Source of the DNA: an uncultured delta proteobacterium
GTDB taxonomy: Bacteria > Myxococcota_A > Polyangia > Fen-1088
DNA length: 64,000 bases
Direction: 5' to 3'
Assembly (NCBI GenBank): GCA_963755125.1
Contig: CAVWIP010000017.1
Span: 1 to 64,000, forward strand
Shown: one piece after another, positions 1 to 12,131 of the stretch
Numbering within the stretch: the first letter of the stretch is position 1
How the letters are laid out: every line of letters starts with the position of its first letter
Translations under genes and position numbers: made by a program
Notes under the pieces: generated by a model
Told to the model about the DNA's origin: nothing
Database searches by the model: none
The model's input: the letters and a program-made list of their open reading frames with translations, nothing else

Positions 1-707
<707 letters not shown>

Positions 708-994
708 TGGATACCTCCGGTTGGATGAGGGAGCGAACGGCATGGTAGGCATTGCTAGGGCTATGCCCGGGCGTTCTGTGTCCATGGGTTTCCATCCTTA
801 TGATCGAGCCAACTATGTTGCGCTGACAATGAAGCGGCAACTCGGACGTCGTCCCCAAAATACCTTGTTGTAGCCAGGTTAGGAGTGAGGTTGATCATTG
901 GCGGGGTGCTAGATTTGCATGGGAATCATGCAGATATGGACTCAACGCGGAGGAGGATCGCGGGTGGACCGGCGCTCGTCCAGTCATTTCTTGG

Positions 995-1591
995 CTACTG
1001 CCACGATTTGAGGCACCCGACCACTGGCGGACTCGGCGGCAGCTTGGCCAACTTGCGCTGAAGAGATCCGCGTGAGATCCCGAGCATACGAGACGCTCTA
1101 GACTTGTTGCCTCCGCACGTTGCCATCACCCATGCGAGGTACTCCCATTCGTAGCGCGCGAGCGAGGGCACGACCGCCAGGGGAAAGTCCGTTTGCCCCG
1201 CAGGGCGAATGTCCTCGACGGAAACGATGATCATCGCGGCGGTCACAGGCTTTGGTAGGTAAGCGCAAGCACCGAAACGGGCGGCGTTGAAGCAGTCAGC
1301 GAGAGAGTACCGGTCGGTCGCGACCACTAAGTCGGCTTGGGGAAACCGGTTACGAAGTAGGTCTAGGGTTCTCGGACAGCCGATCGGCCCCCGCGCGTCA
1401 CATGCAGCAGCCGGCTCGACGACTACAACCTCGGGAACGAATGGTACCAGCAACTCTGCCAATTTCTGGGTCGGCTGGACGAACGCTGCCTGCCAGCCTT
1501 CCCCCCTGAACTCGTCTCGCAGTCGGCCGCCTTCGGAGAGGCTTGCGTCGATGATCAGCACGTGACGATTTTGGACCTGGCTCGCTACCAT
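995..1591 (-). CDS. RegA/PrrA/ActR-family response regulator (REC + Fis-type HTH) with an atypical receiver
   Basis: C-terminal SLARYEWEYL..VM..CGGNKSRASRMLGISRGSLQRKLAK is the RegA-type HTH. The REC domain has YLPKP, but the phospho-Asp position reads Glu (VVVVEP). Confidence 0.85.
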   Translation of the reverse strand: MVASQVQNRHVLIIDASLSEGGRLRDEFRGEGWQAAFVQPTQKLAELLVPFVPEVVVVEPAAACDARGPIGCPRTLDLLRNRFPQADLVVATDRYSLADCFNAARFGACAYLPKPVTAAMIIVSVEDIRPAGQTDFPLAVVPSLARYEWEYLAWVMATCGGNKSRASRMLGISRGSLQRKLAKLPPSPPVVGCLKSWQ

Positions 1592-1743
1592 GTTCGTCCC
1601 TCGAAGACCCTGTTGATGCCGCGGTGCCCGTGCTCGTTCTTTTGAGTTGCCTGGGGTGGAGGCACGGAATTCTCAGGCAATCGCCGTGCCTTTTCGGTGG
1701 CCACGAGATCTGGCGTAGTTGCGTAGAGAGGGGGCCTCATGGC

Positions 1744-1780
1744 TGGCCGGATCTGGCCAAGGGGTGGCCGGATCCGGCCA
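1744..1780. promoter_or_regulatory. Tandem 16-bp palindromic operator-like sites TGGCCGGATCYGGCCA
   Basis: Sites at 1744-1759 and 1765-1780, 21 bp apart, between the divergent regulator and rpoD. Confidence 0.55.
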
Positions 1781-2440
1781 GCCGAACACCGCCTCCAGAA
1801 TCATCTCTTGGACAAGGCCGTGTAGCTGCGGATCTACCGCAACAAGCGCACGACCCGGCTCGTCGTCTATGACGAGGACCGGGCCGTGCCGCTCATCAAA
1901 GCCCAGCTCGGCGCACCCGAGCGCGAAGCGCTCCGGAAAGCGCTGGGCAAAGACAACTGAAACGCATCCTCAACACGGGCAGGAACTGAAATGGTTCCTG
2001 CCCCTTTTCTTGTCTGCCCCGCTCATGCTCGCTGGGCATCGAACTTCTGTTTCTAGAGCAGGATGTCCCGCAGGCGTAGTAGCGGGAGAAACCGGCAGTG
2101 TTCGTGCTGGATAATCTTGAGGCACGCGAGCGTCGGCTTGCGGCGTACGTTTTTGAGCCTTGGTTCACAGCTGGATGGCGCCCTTTGTGTCACCGCGAAA
2201 AAGTGGCCGAAGGCGGTCATGTGATTCAAGATGGCGACGTCGACGAGGGCGAGCAGCCTCCAGCGCCGCTCGCCAAAGCACTGCAATGCTACTGCGTTGG
2301 CCTGCTCAGGAGGTGAAGCAGACACAATGAAGCCACTCGCCCCAGCGGAAGACAGGCCGTCAGCCGACTGCCCAGAGATGAATTCGTCTAGCTGTCCTGG
2401 CAATGCGAAGGACGACGAGGGATCCGAAACCGTCGGCAAC

Positions 2441-4223
<1,783 letters not shown>

Positions 4224-4225
<2 letters not shown>

Positions 4226-4454
4226 GCGGGCGGCTGCATTGGCCCGCGAGTTGGGCGGTGACGCAAAACCGTCTGGAGCCGGGGGCGGCAACATCGGGGT
4301 GGCTCTGTTCGCCACGCCCGAGGCGGCGGCGCTCTTCGCTCGCGCGTGCCAGCCCGCGCTTTCGGTGCTGGACATTTCCCTCGCCCGCTCGGGAGTCTAC
4401 CGCCGCTCCGGAAAAGAGCCGCCGGTCGAGGCGCGGGACCCCTTTCATGTCTGA
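4224..4454 (+). pseudogene. C-terminal remnant of a GHMP kinase (phosphomevalonate kinase-like)
   Basis: ERAAALARELGGDAKPSGAGGGNIGVAL matches the GHMP KxSGAGGG loop. No N-terminal part is present and there is an in-frame stop at 4218. Confidence 0.7.
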
Positions 4455-5543
4455 TAACAAATGTGGTTCACGCATTCCTGATGCCCGCGCTGCGGAGATC
4501 GTGTGTGGTGATCTGAGGCCGGAGATGATCGTGCAATTCGACGGTTTCTCGGCCGCGCTGAGCGCGGTCTCCAATCCGTGACGAGGGCAACGAAATCTAG
4601 CACCCTGACGAAAATGCCGCCGCGCTCAGGATCGTCGACCCGCGCTTATCGAAACCCGCTTCCATGTACAGCGCCGAAACTGGGTGGTCGCCGCTCGGAC
4701 CCTCTCCCAACGCGAGCTTGCTCAACCCAGTGTTCGTGCGCATCCGTGACGACAAGCAGGTGCACCTCCCCGATGTCGGTTCCGTGCCCCACCAGCGTCG
4801 ACATCGCGCTACCCGATCAACGGCACCACCTCGGGACTTTCGCCAAAAAGAAAGTGGATCGAGCCCGTGCTCTCGCCCAACCTGATCGAAATGCCTCCAG
4901 GGGGAGCGGCACTGCTATTGGTCCAGCCGAGAAAAGTGACCTTTCCCATCATCACTGACACACCGGGATGCGCCTCCCTTACGTATTTGCGCGCTTGTTC
5001 GCGCGAGAACGCGCACGCGGGCAGAAAATGGCTGATCTCACGGATTGGTTCGAGAGGAACGCCCAGCCAAACGATGTAGCCGTCGACCTCGCGTTCGGGC
5101 TCGGAGTCCATGGAAGGGAATTCTACGCCCATATTTTCAAATCCAGGATTCGATGTGGAACTGAGAGCGGCGTCCAAGTGGTGTGCAATGATGTGCGAAA
5201 CCGCACAGCACCACCAGCGGGCATGCCGACTAACAGCCGCCATATCTCGTCTGCTTGGCTGCGACAACGCCTTTGCCCGTTTCCGCGTCCCCCCGGGGCG
5301 TGCGCCCCGATTGTGTGACGAATCTCAATGTTTCTCCGGCGGCTACCGATGAGCAAGGGAGGCTGTGGCCCGAACTCGGCCGGTTGCACACTTCCTCGAT
5401 CCTGCTTGTTCCTGCCGGCCGAGTTCGGGCCCAACCGCCTCGTCCGCAACTACTCGCTCAAGACCCAGAAACCAGATGGCCGCTTCCCGCACGAAACCGT
5501 GATGGGGGTGGTCGACCACCATGCCGCACGCCGTGGTGAAACA

Positions 5544-6071
5544 ATGATGATTCGCCCACTTGAACTTGCGCCTCATCTCGTCACCGGTCTGGCGGACATA
5601 GACAACCAACATCGGGCTCTGCTAGCCCTCGCAAACGAGGTCGTCTTTGCGCACAAGCTGGACACAAGCCCCGAGCTTTTCCGGCGAGCCATCTCGTTCC
5701 TCGACGGCTACATCGCCTTCCACTGCGCGGCAGAAGAGGCAGCGATGATTCAGGGCAAGTGTCCGCTTGCGATGCGCTCTGAGCACTTGGAATTTCATGG
5801 TCACCTTCGTCGCGAGCTTGAGGATATCGTCACCCGCAGCGTACGCGATGGTGCATCCGGGGATCTCAAGCTCGACATCTTCTTCGTGCTCGACGACTGG
5901 CTCGTCTATCATGTGGGCGAGGCAGACCATCGCCTCGCCGCCTTTCTTCGCGGCACGTCTGCCGGCAAAGCTGCCCCGCATCTGCCCGAGGTGGGCTGGC
6001 TCAAAGCATCGGGCGCACTGCCAACGGATTTCAACGAGCAGATTCTGGCTGGTGTCACGGGGTTGCGATAG
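5544..6071 (+). CDS. Bacteriohemerythrin-family protein
   Basis: TGLADIDNQH, FHCAAEE, EHLEFH and WLVYHVGEAD carry the hemerythrin iron-ligand motifs. Confidence 0.85.
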   Translation: MMIRPLELAPHLVTGLADIDNQHRALLALANEVVFAHKLDTSPELFRRAISFLDGYIAFHCAAEEAAMIQGKCPLAMRSEHLEFHGHLRRELEDIVTRSVRDGASGDLKLDIFFVLDDWLVYHVGEADHRLAAFLRGTSAGKAAPHLPEVGWLKASGALPTDFNEQILAGVTGLR

Positions 6072-6342
6072 GAACTTCTGCGGCACCGGCACCTACCGAT
6101 GGGGATGTGTCCCCTGCGGCGGTTTCTACCAGCTTCTTCTCGCGCCGCGGATCGATCCGAGCCGCGAGTTCGGCGCTGACCTTGAAGTGGGGCAGCCGCT
6201 TCGGCTTGACCTCGACGATCTGGCCGGTGCGTGGGTTGCGGCCCTTGCACGCCCTGTAACTTCGGATCTGGAAAGTCCCAAACCCACGAATTTCGATCTT
6301 CTCGCTCCGACGGATGGACTGCTCCATGCAGTCGAAGATTTG
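6055..6342 (-). pseudogene. IHF-beta/HU family fragment lacking the N-terminal helices
   Basis: IFDCMEQSIRRSEKIEIRGFGTFQIR...GRNPRTGQIVEV..KRLPHFK is present. The upstream sequence does not encode the MTKSELI-type helix. Confidence 0.7.
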
Positions 6343-6507
6343 GCGGCGAGTATAGCGGAAGTCGCCGGCGTGGTGGTCACTGAGAGCGCGCGTGCGCGCA
6401 TCGGCCTGGTCGACGTGGCCTACCGGCTCTCTGGGCAACCACGTCAGCGGCTGATCGATGGGCGCTTCCTCATTCGATGTCTTCCAGTCGCCCGCGAGAC
6501 ATGTCGC

Positions 6508-7065
6508 CTATTTACGCTTCCGCTTCGTCACCGTGACACGGGGCTTTGTTGGGTATGTCCCGTCTTTGCATGCCCACACCGCCATCTTCGTGGGGGCCTT
6601 CCTGGGGCCGGCGATCTGGCCAATGCTCCGGCACTTGGAATCGCCGAAAAGGTAGATGGAGCCATCGTTGTCGAGAATGCCTTCGGTCTTGAGAACCCGC
6701 TTGAAGCCGTCTCCAGTGCCCAGGTAGAGGATTATCTTCCGATAGGCTTCGGCTAACTCAGGGTCGTTGCCCATGAAGGTATCCCCGATGACTATGTCGT
6801 TCAGACCGTCGCCATTCAGGTCAGCCATGTACACGTACCAGCAGTGGTCGCCGTAGAAGCTGCTGTCTTTCTCGACAGACCGGCAGTAGCGCTCGTCTTT
6901 TTCAAGGGACGGCAGCTTTGTGCCGGCGGGTACCTCGGCCGATATCGACAGCGCAACCCAACCCGCCGACGAGTCGGCCGCGCTCGGCTCGACCGCGAGG
7001 GTGCGGCCTGAGCCAAGGCCAGCGAGCACGACAGCGAGTGTTGCCACCCTACAGATCGGATTCAT
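6508..7065 (-). CDS. Secreted protein with an FG-GAP/VCBS-like Ca-binding motif
   Basis: Signal peptide, ADLNGDGLNDIVIG motif and an AAAGGA RBS. Confidence 0.7.
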   Translation of the reverse strand: MNPICRVATLAVVLAGLGSGRTLAVEPSAADSSAGWVALSISAEVPAGTKLPSLEKDERYCRSVEKDSSFYGDHCWYVYMADLNGDGLNDIVIGDTFMGNDPELAEAYRKIILYLGTGDGFKRVLKTEGILDNDGSIYLFGDSKCRSIGQIAGPRKAPTKMAVWACKDGTYPTKPRVTVTKRKRK

Positions 7066-7265
7066 ATCACATCATCCTTTCAGTCCGCCCCTTTTGGTCG
7101 CGGACATTCGGCCATCGCATTCCGTGAAATAGCACCACAGGATTACGTCCTCGCCCGTCTCCGTCGAAGAAGGCCATGTCTGGTTCTTCTGGAATACCTC
7201 TCGGCCTGCAGCCGAACTGACCGCACGCCGCCAGCGCGACGAGGATGCGATAATGGGTTTCATGT

Positions 7266-7835
7266 TCAAGCGTCGCCGTTCAACGAGACGCGCATCGGCG
7301 CGACAGCGATCTTGCCGCAGAGCCTGCACCCCGGCTTTGTGCATGGCGCGACGCCTCGCCACTCGGGCGCGCCCGGCAGCCCCGGCGGCCGCACCTGACG
7401 GCAGTGCTGGTTCGCGCAGCGCCCGGAAGCGATCGCGTTGGTCGTGCGGCAGGTCTCGCAGAGCCAGGTCGAACTGGCGACCGGCGCCGCCACGTGAGCA
7501 GTTTGCGCGCGGAGTTTCGCGTTGTGCGAGTCACAGAGCTTCTTGGCGTCGACGATGGCCCATATCTGGAAGGCTACGGCCATGATGATGACGGCGAAAC
7601 CGCCCGCACCAAGGGTCTTCGAGGGCGTGCTGTTCACGCCAGTGACGACAGCGGCGGCGGTCATGGTGGTTCCGCAGGCGACAGCCAGGACGCCAAACCA
7701 AGCCAGAACATAGAGGCCTATGGCGATGGCGAGGACGACAAAGCCGCGACCGATTCGGCCGGCGTACATCTGCCCGACGCCCGGCCAGAAGAGCGAGAGG
7801 ACGGCCGCGACGCCGCCATTCTTGGTTTCCATCAC
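7266..7835 (-). CDS. TM2-like membrane protein with C-terminal Cys-rich Zn-finger-like motifs
   Basis: KNGGVAAVLSLFWPGVGQMYAGRIGRG, followed by WLCETC..N....C...HC and CTKPGCRLC. Confidence 0.75.
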   Translation of the reverse strand: MMETKNGGVAAVLSLFWPGVGQMYAGRIGRGFVVLAIAIGLYVLAWFGVLAVACGTTMTAAAVVTGVNSTPSKTLGAGGFAVIIMAVAFQIWAIVDAKKLCDSHNAKLRAQTAHVAAPVASSTWLCETCRTTNAIASGRCANQHCRQVRPPGLPGAPEWRGVAPCTKPGCRLCGKIAVAPMRVSLNGDA

Positions 7836-8170
7836 ACCCCCCCTTTGATTGTGGCGTTATGGGCGACGCAGAGCCGCTTGGCGTCCATCATGCCCCAGAT
7901 CCACCAGGCGACAGGGATGAGCACGGCGATGAAGCCGCCAACACCCAGCCCGGTGCCCGCGCCGGAAGTTGGTGTCCGCGCCGCAGTGGCTGCAAGATTG
8001 GTGGCCGTGCCGAAGCAACCGGCCATGCCGCCGAACCAACCGATCATGACCAGCGCCGGCGTGATGATCATCATGGTGATGCCGCGACCGATGCGGCCCG
8101 CGTAGAGCTGGCCGAGACCGGTCCAGAAGAAGGAGAGGACGATTGCCGTCCCGCTGCTCTTGGTTTCCAT
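7832..8170 (-). CDS. TM2-like membrane protein (paralog of the adjacent gene)
   Basis: KSSGTAIVLSFFWTGLGQLYAGRIGRG, GAGG RBS, and a 4-nt overlap with the downstream paralog. Confidence 0.8.
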   Translation of the reverse strand: METKSSGTAIVLSFFWTGLGQLYAGRIGRGITMMIITPALVMIGWFGGMAGCFGTATNLAATAARTPTSGAGTGLGVGGFIAVLIPVAWWIWGMMDAKRLCVAHNATIKGGV

Positions 8171-8195
8171 GGTCGCTTCCTCTCGGTGACTGCGG

Positions 8196-8936
8196 TTAGT
8201 AGACCTTTTTCGCGCGAAGTTCCTGCGACTGCTTCTTCAAGAGGGTCACTTCCTCGGGGGAGAGGTAGTCCCATGCCTTCTTCATGACGGCGGCGTACAC
8301 CTGTTCGAGGGCGTGAGCGGCGCCGTTTGTGATGATGGTGTTGAGGCCGCGGCTGTCAGGTCGCTCGCCTGAACAGTCAGCCTCGGTTTGCGGGACATCG
8401 ACCTTCTTGACCCAGATCTTCTCGCCGGAGAGCGGCTCGAGGAGCACGAAGGAGACGAAACCGGAGACGACGCAGGGGCCGGTGGCCTGGTAGATCTTGC
8501 CGGGCCGGGTTCCGAACATGTCGTCCTGATGATGTATATCCACGTGCGGAGCCGTGATGGTGATCCCGACCTGCGGGGTGAGCGTGAGATCGGCGGTCTT
8601 TTTGTCGACGAACGTCATCGAATTCAGGTCGTCGAACGGTCCGGTCTGCTTGAACCCCTTCTTGCTGAACATCTCCTGGAACTGCGCGGTCATCGCCGTG
8701 TTGAAGGCGACGGCATTCTTGGCGCTCAGGTTGTCCGTGTTGGTCAGGCCCGCGGAATCAACTGGCCGGACGATGGCGATGGTCACATCCGACGCGGGCG
8801 CCTCGCCGGCCGGGTATGGGAAGGAGAACTGCGGCGCGTAGACCGGCACCGGTGGCGGTGCGCTCGCGCACCCCACGGTCAGCATAGGGGCCAGAGCCAG
8901 GGCAAAGATAGTCAGGGACCTACGGATCGAGGACAT
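8196..8936 (-). CDS. Lipoprotein resembling the HpaA / neuraminyllactose-binding haemagglutinin family
   Basis: AAAGGAG RBS, lipobox TVGC, and the motifs FSKKGF...MTFVDKK..DLTL, SGFVSFVLLEPLSGE and C-terminal ALEQVY...QELRAKK, recalled as HpaA-like. Not confirmed by search. Confidence 0.65.
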   Translation of the reverse strand: MSSIRRSLTIFALALAPMLTVGCASAPPPVPVYAPQFSFPYPAGEAPASDVTIAIVRPVDSAGLTNTDNLSAKNAVAFNTAMTAQFQEMFSKKGFKQTGPFDDLNSMTFVDKKTADLTLTPQVGITITAPHVDIHHQDDMFGTRPGKIYQATGPCVVSGFVSFVLLEPLSGEKIWVKKVDVPQTEADCSGERPDSRGLNTIITNGAAHALEQVYAAVMKKAWDYLSPEEVTLLKKQSQELRAKKVY

Positions 8937-8995
8937 GTGAACTCCTTTCTTGAACTTGCGACCACGAACATCCATCTGTGCTGAAACTCGCGCGC

Positions 8996-9027
8996 ACTCC
9001 GCGCACAAGCCGCCTTGTGCGCGGAGT
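8996..9027. promoter_or_regulatory. Putative tyrosine-recombinase site 1 (13-bp arms, 6-bp spacer)
   Basis: ACTCCGCGCACAA-GCCGCC-TTGTGCGCGGAGT, about 45 bp upstream of the recombinase gene. Confidence 0.7.
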
Positions 9028-9072
9028 AGCTCGCCTGAAGACGGCTTGGTCGGTACCATGGAGGTACGCGAT

Positions 9073-10011
9073 ATGGACCAGGCCATCGCCGACTTCACCA
9101 CCCACCTGCGCGACCGAAACCGGTCGCCGCTCACCGTCGCCCGCTACACCGACCTGCTCCGTCGGTTCGCTCGGTTCGCTTGCGCCGAGCTTCACCAGGA
9201 CACGGTCACCCCTAGCCAGATCGACAAAGCTCTGGTTGTTTTGTTCGTCCGGGAAGGTGGAGTGATCGGCGCTCAAGCATCGGCAGCAACGAGAAATAGC
9301 CGGCTCGCGGCTATCCGAGGGTTCTTTCGCTATCTGGTGGCGGAAGACCGCCTCGCGCGAGATCCGACGACCAGCATCCACTCAGCGAGCCTGCCAGAAC
9401 GAGTCCCGACTTTCCTGACCGCGGAGGAGTTCACAATGCTCCGGCGCGCGGTGGAGGGTAGCGCTGCCGAGTTCTACCTTCGGCGTGACTCGGCGATCTT
9501 GGTCACTCTCTGGAACACCGGTCTACGGCTGGCAGAGCTGCTTTCCTTGGATTTGTCGGTGGTCGACTTCGGGGCCGAGGTCTTCCGCACCGTACGCAGA
9601 AAAGGCGGGAAGATCCTGCCCGTCTACTTCAACGTCGACGTGACCATAGCCCTCCGTCGGTGGCTATGGCAGCGCAAGGAATACCCGAATGCCGCCACCA
9701 GTCCCGCCTTGTTCTTGAGTGACCGCGGTCGGCGGTTGAGTTCGCGCGCTGTGGAGGATCTCGTAGGCAAATATGCGAAGCTCGCCGGCATCAAAAAACA
9801 CGTCACGCCGCACGTGCTAAGGCACAGCACGGCCACGGCCTTGATCCGCGCGGGAAATGGGATCGAGGTCGTGGCCGACGTGCTCGCGCACTCGTCATTG
9901 GATACGACGAGGCACTATATCCATCTCGTGGGAGAGCAGGTGCATGCCGCCGTTGCCTCGCTCGCCCAGCCTCCCCGGCGGCAAGTCACAAAAAGAAATA
10001 CGGCTGTCTGA
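9073..10011 (+). CDS. XerC/XerD-family tyrosine recombinase
   Basis: N-terminal SAM-like domain and an intact catalytic set: TGLRLAEL, KGGK, HVLRHS, LAHSS, TTRHY. GGAGGT RBS. Confidence 0.92.
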   Translation: MDQAIADFTTHLRDRNRSPLTVARYTDLLRRFARFACAELHQDTVTPSQIDKALVVLFVREGGVIGAQASAATRNSRLAAIRGFFRYLVAEDRLARDPTTSIHSASLPERVPTFLTAEEFTMLRRAVEGSAAEFYLRRDSAILVTLWNTGLRLAELLSLDLSVVDFGAEVFRTVRRKGGKILPVYFNVDVTIALRRWLWQRKEYPNAATSPALFLSDRGRRLSSRAVEDLVGKYAKLAGIKKHVTPHVLRHSTATALIRAGNGIEVVADVLAHSSLDTTRHYIHLVGEQVHAAVASLAQPPRRQVTKRNTAV

Positions 10012-10295
10012 CCTCATAGTTCAAGAGAAACAATACCGCGCTGTGTCGGTGGACCCAGCACTTGGCGTTGGAACCGGGCCACGGTTTGGACTGAGCGCGC
10101 AATTCCCGATCATGAAGGTCGACACGAATGTGATTCACGCCTTCCTCCAAATGTGAGCTGTCCAACGACGACATCAAGTCGCTGGAGGGATGGTGAAGGG
10201 ATCGAGAGATGTGGGTGAGTCCCTCGTTGACCACAGCCGCGATCGTCGTTCCATCAGTCGAAATGAAACTCCATCCCGATGGAAGACAGGGACTG

Positions 10296-11471
10296 CTAGC
10301 CGCCGCCTCCGACGGCGGGCTTTCCGCCAGGGGGCTTTGCGCCCTGGGCCTTTCCGCCCCCGCTGCCGCCAAAGAACAGACTTGCGACGTCGAATGTTCC
10401 GCCGATTCCAGCAGTCCAAGTCCAAACTTTCGAGTCGACCCCGACTTTCCCTGCCAGCGCTTGGGGTGACGTCGTGGACGCATTTCCAGGACTCACTGAG
10501 CTTGGCACAGGATAAGCCGCACCAACGTCTTGTTGCACGTACGACTCGGTCACGCCGAACAGGAAATGTATGGCTGGGATGGGCGCCACCACGAGACCGA
10601 CTGAGAATAGCGGCCTTACACTGCGTGATCCTGTGACGAGTCCCGTGATGGTGTTACCCTGCGCGGTCAACACCGGCGTCTTTCCGTCAGAAAACATCAA
10701 TGGCTGGTAGAGCGTTGTGTTGGTCTGGAATTGGGACGGTATACCACCAAACAGACCGATCCGACTGTAAATGCAGCTTCCCAATAGCGGATGAGAGTAG
10801 TACCGATCGCGAGCTTCTTCGTGCCTACTGTGAGGATTCCTTTGAATGTCGGCCAAAATCATTCTAGTGTTGTCGTCGAGTTGACGGTTCGTCGCGTACG
10901 CGGCGTACTCAGCATTAGCAACCTGGTCAAGCGCCGGTTGTTCCACCTTACTGTCATCAAAAGCCGACCGTGTGCAATACTGCACGTGTTTACTCACATC
11001 CTGATGACGAAGGTAGCCTACCATGTAGCGAACCCACGTTCCCGGAAACACGGCAACATACGGCAAGGTTCCCGTCGTTGTTGAGTTCACTGCATTTCCG
11101 GTCGAGTTTGGCTTCGGAATCTGGACGATAGCCGCAGCTCCAGCGGCAAACCCATATTGAAGAAGTGCACCGCTTTGCAACTCCTGCCCAATATCCTGCT
11201 TTGAGGCATCCTTTGAGGCACACTGCACGAGACACTGCGAGGCGCTATTCTGATCGGGCTGTGTGGACCGCCGGTGGGCGTCCGAATCAGGCGATGGGGT
11301 ATCCTGCGATTTTGGGATCGCCTCTGCCGTTGGACTTGCAGACCTCGGCGTCGAACCCTCCTGGGAGGTCTGGGTTTCCACCTGCTGCGCAGAAGATCTC
11401 GTGGAGATAGTGCTCGCAAGCGTAATGCCAGTCACTACCAGCCAGTTACATCGTCGCAATCGAGTTGCCAT
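10296..11471 (-). CDS. Secreted hypothetical protein
   Basis: 391-aa ORF with a signal-like N-terminus, a low-complexity linker and beta-rich C-terminal segments. Confidence 0.6.
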   Translation of the reverse strand: MATRLRRCNWLVVTGITLASTISTRSSAQQVETQTSQEGSTPRSASPTAEAIPKSQDTPSPDSDAHRRSTQPDQNSASQCLVQCASKDASKQDIGQELQSGALLQYGFAAGAAAIVQIPKPNSTGNAVNSTTTGTLPYVAVFPGTWVRYMVGYLRHQDVSKHVQYCTRSAFDDSKVEQPALDQVANAEYAAYATNRQLDDNTRMILADIQRNPHSRHEEARDRYYSHPLLGSCIYSRIGLFGGIPSQFQTNTTLYQPLMFSDGKTPVLTAQGNTITGLVTGSRSVRPLFSVGLVVAPIPAIHFLFGVTESYVQQDVGAAYPVPSSVSPGNASTTSPQALAGKVGVDSKVWTWTAGIGGTFDVASLFFGGSGGGKAQGAKPPGGKPAVGGGG

Positions 11472-11639
11472 AGAGCCTCGCGGTGCGCTGAGTTATAGGA
11501 AAGGCTCCACCAAACTAGGGATAAGTCATCGACGTGTCAAGAAATGTCAGGCATGTGTCGGGCCTGACTGCCAAAGAGCATTCTCCAGAAAGGGGTCGTG
11601 GAAAACCACGACGGCCGCACCTTCGCGTCGCGCGTGGCT

Positions 11640-11900
11640 CCACCGCCTGCCCCCATGGCTCATTCGTATTCCTCGTCGCTGCATGGATATGGAAGCCGAA
11701 CTTGCCAGAGAGGCAGCCCCAGCGCCTCGGTTTGAACACGCAAAGTCTCGGTACGAACCGCGCGCATGGCGACACGCTAGAAGGTCTAGTTTACCGTGGT
11801 GAGGAGGCCGACAACTTGAACTTCCCTTTCTTGGCGAAGGATGTGAAGCCCCAAGGCGCTGTCCTTGCCGCGTTCCACGAAGGCTACACCTTGGGCAGCC
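11640..11900 (-). pseudogene. Dph6/MJ0570-type PP-loop ATPase pseudogene
   Basis: Manual translation: PKV*PSW(frameshift)GKDSALGLHILRQEREVQVVGLLTTVN*TF*RVAMRAVRTETLRVQTEALGLPLWQVRLPYPCSDEEYE*AM. Confidence 0.8.
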
Positions 11901-12060
11901 CACTCGGTGAGAGCGCCTTCGGTGCCGGATAGACGGAAACAGCTCTCACACCCTCGGTTTACTTCCTTACGTCCGGGGCATCACCATGCATCTTGATCTG
12001 GCGATCTGGCGGGGACAGCCCCGGGCGGCAAGAACCGGCTTTTCTTCAAACTCAATGCGC

Positions 12061-12090
12061 TTGACTTTGGTCAAACGCCGAGTCCATCAT
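12061..12090 (+). promoter_or_regulatory. Candidate sigma70 promoter TTGACT-N18-CATCAT overlapping a TTGAC-N4-GTCAA palindrome, pointing at recombination site 2
   Basis: Motif match only. Confidence 0.4.
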
Positions 12091-12099
12091 CTCCGATTG

Positions 12100-12131
12100 G
12101 GAGCGCGCACAAGGCGGCTTGTCTGACGAGT
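12100..12131. promoter_or_regulatory. Putative recombinase site 2, inverted relative to site 1
   Basis: 12104-12122 CGCGCACAAGGCGGCTTGT is the exact reverse complement of 9005-9023. Confidence 0.7.

Noticed and set aside
1827..1841. TGCGG-N5-CCGCA as a RegA box
   Set aside because: The spacing does not fit the recalled consensus, and a short GC palindrome is likely by chance.
6508..10011. Integron (recombinase divergent from small genes)
   Set aside because: No IntI-specific insertion is apparent, no attC-like repeats lie between the genes, and the TM2 genes overlap like an operon.
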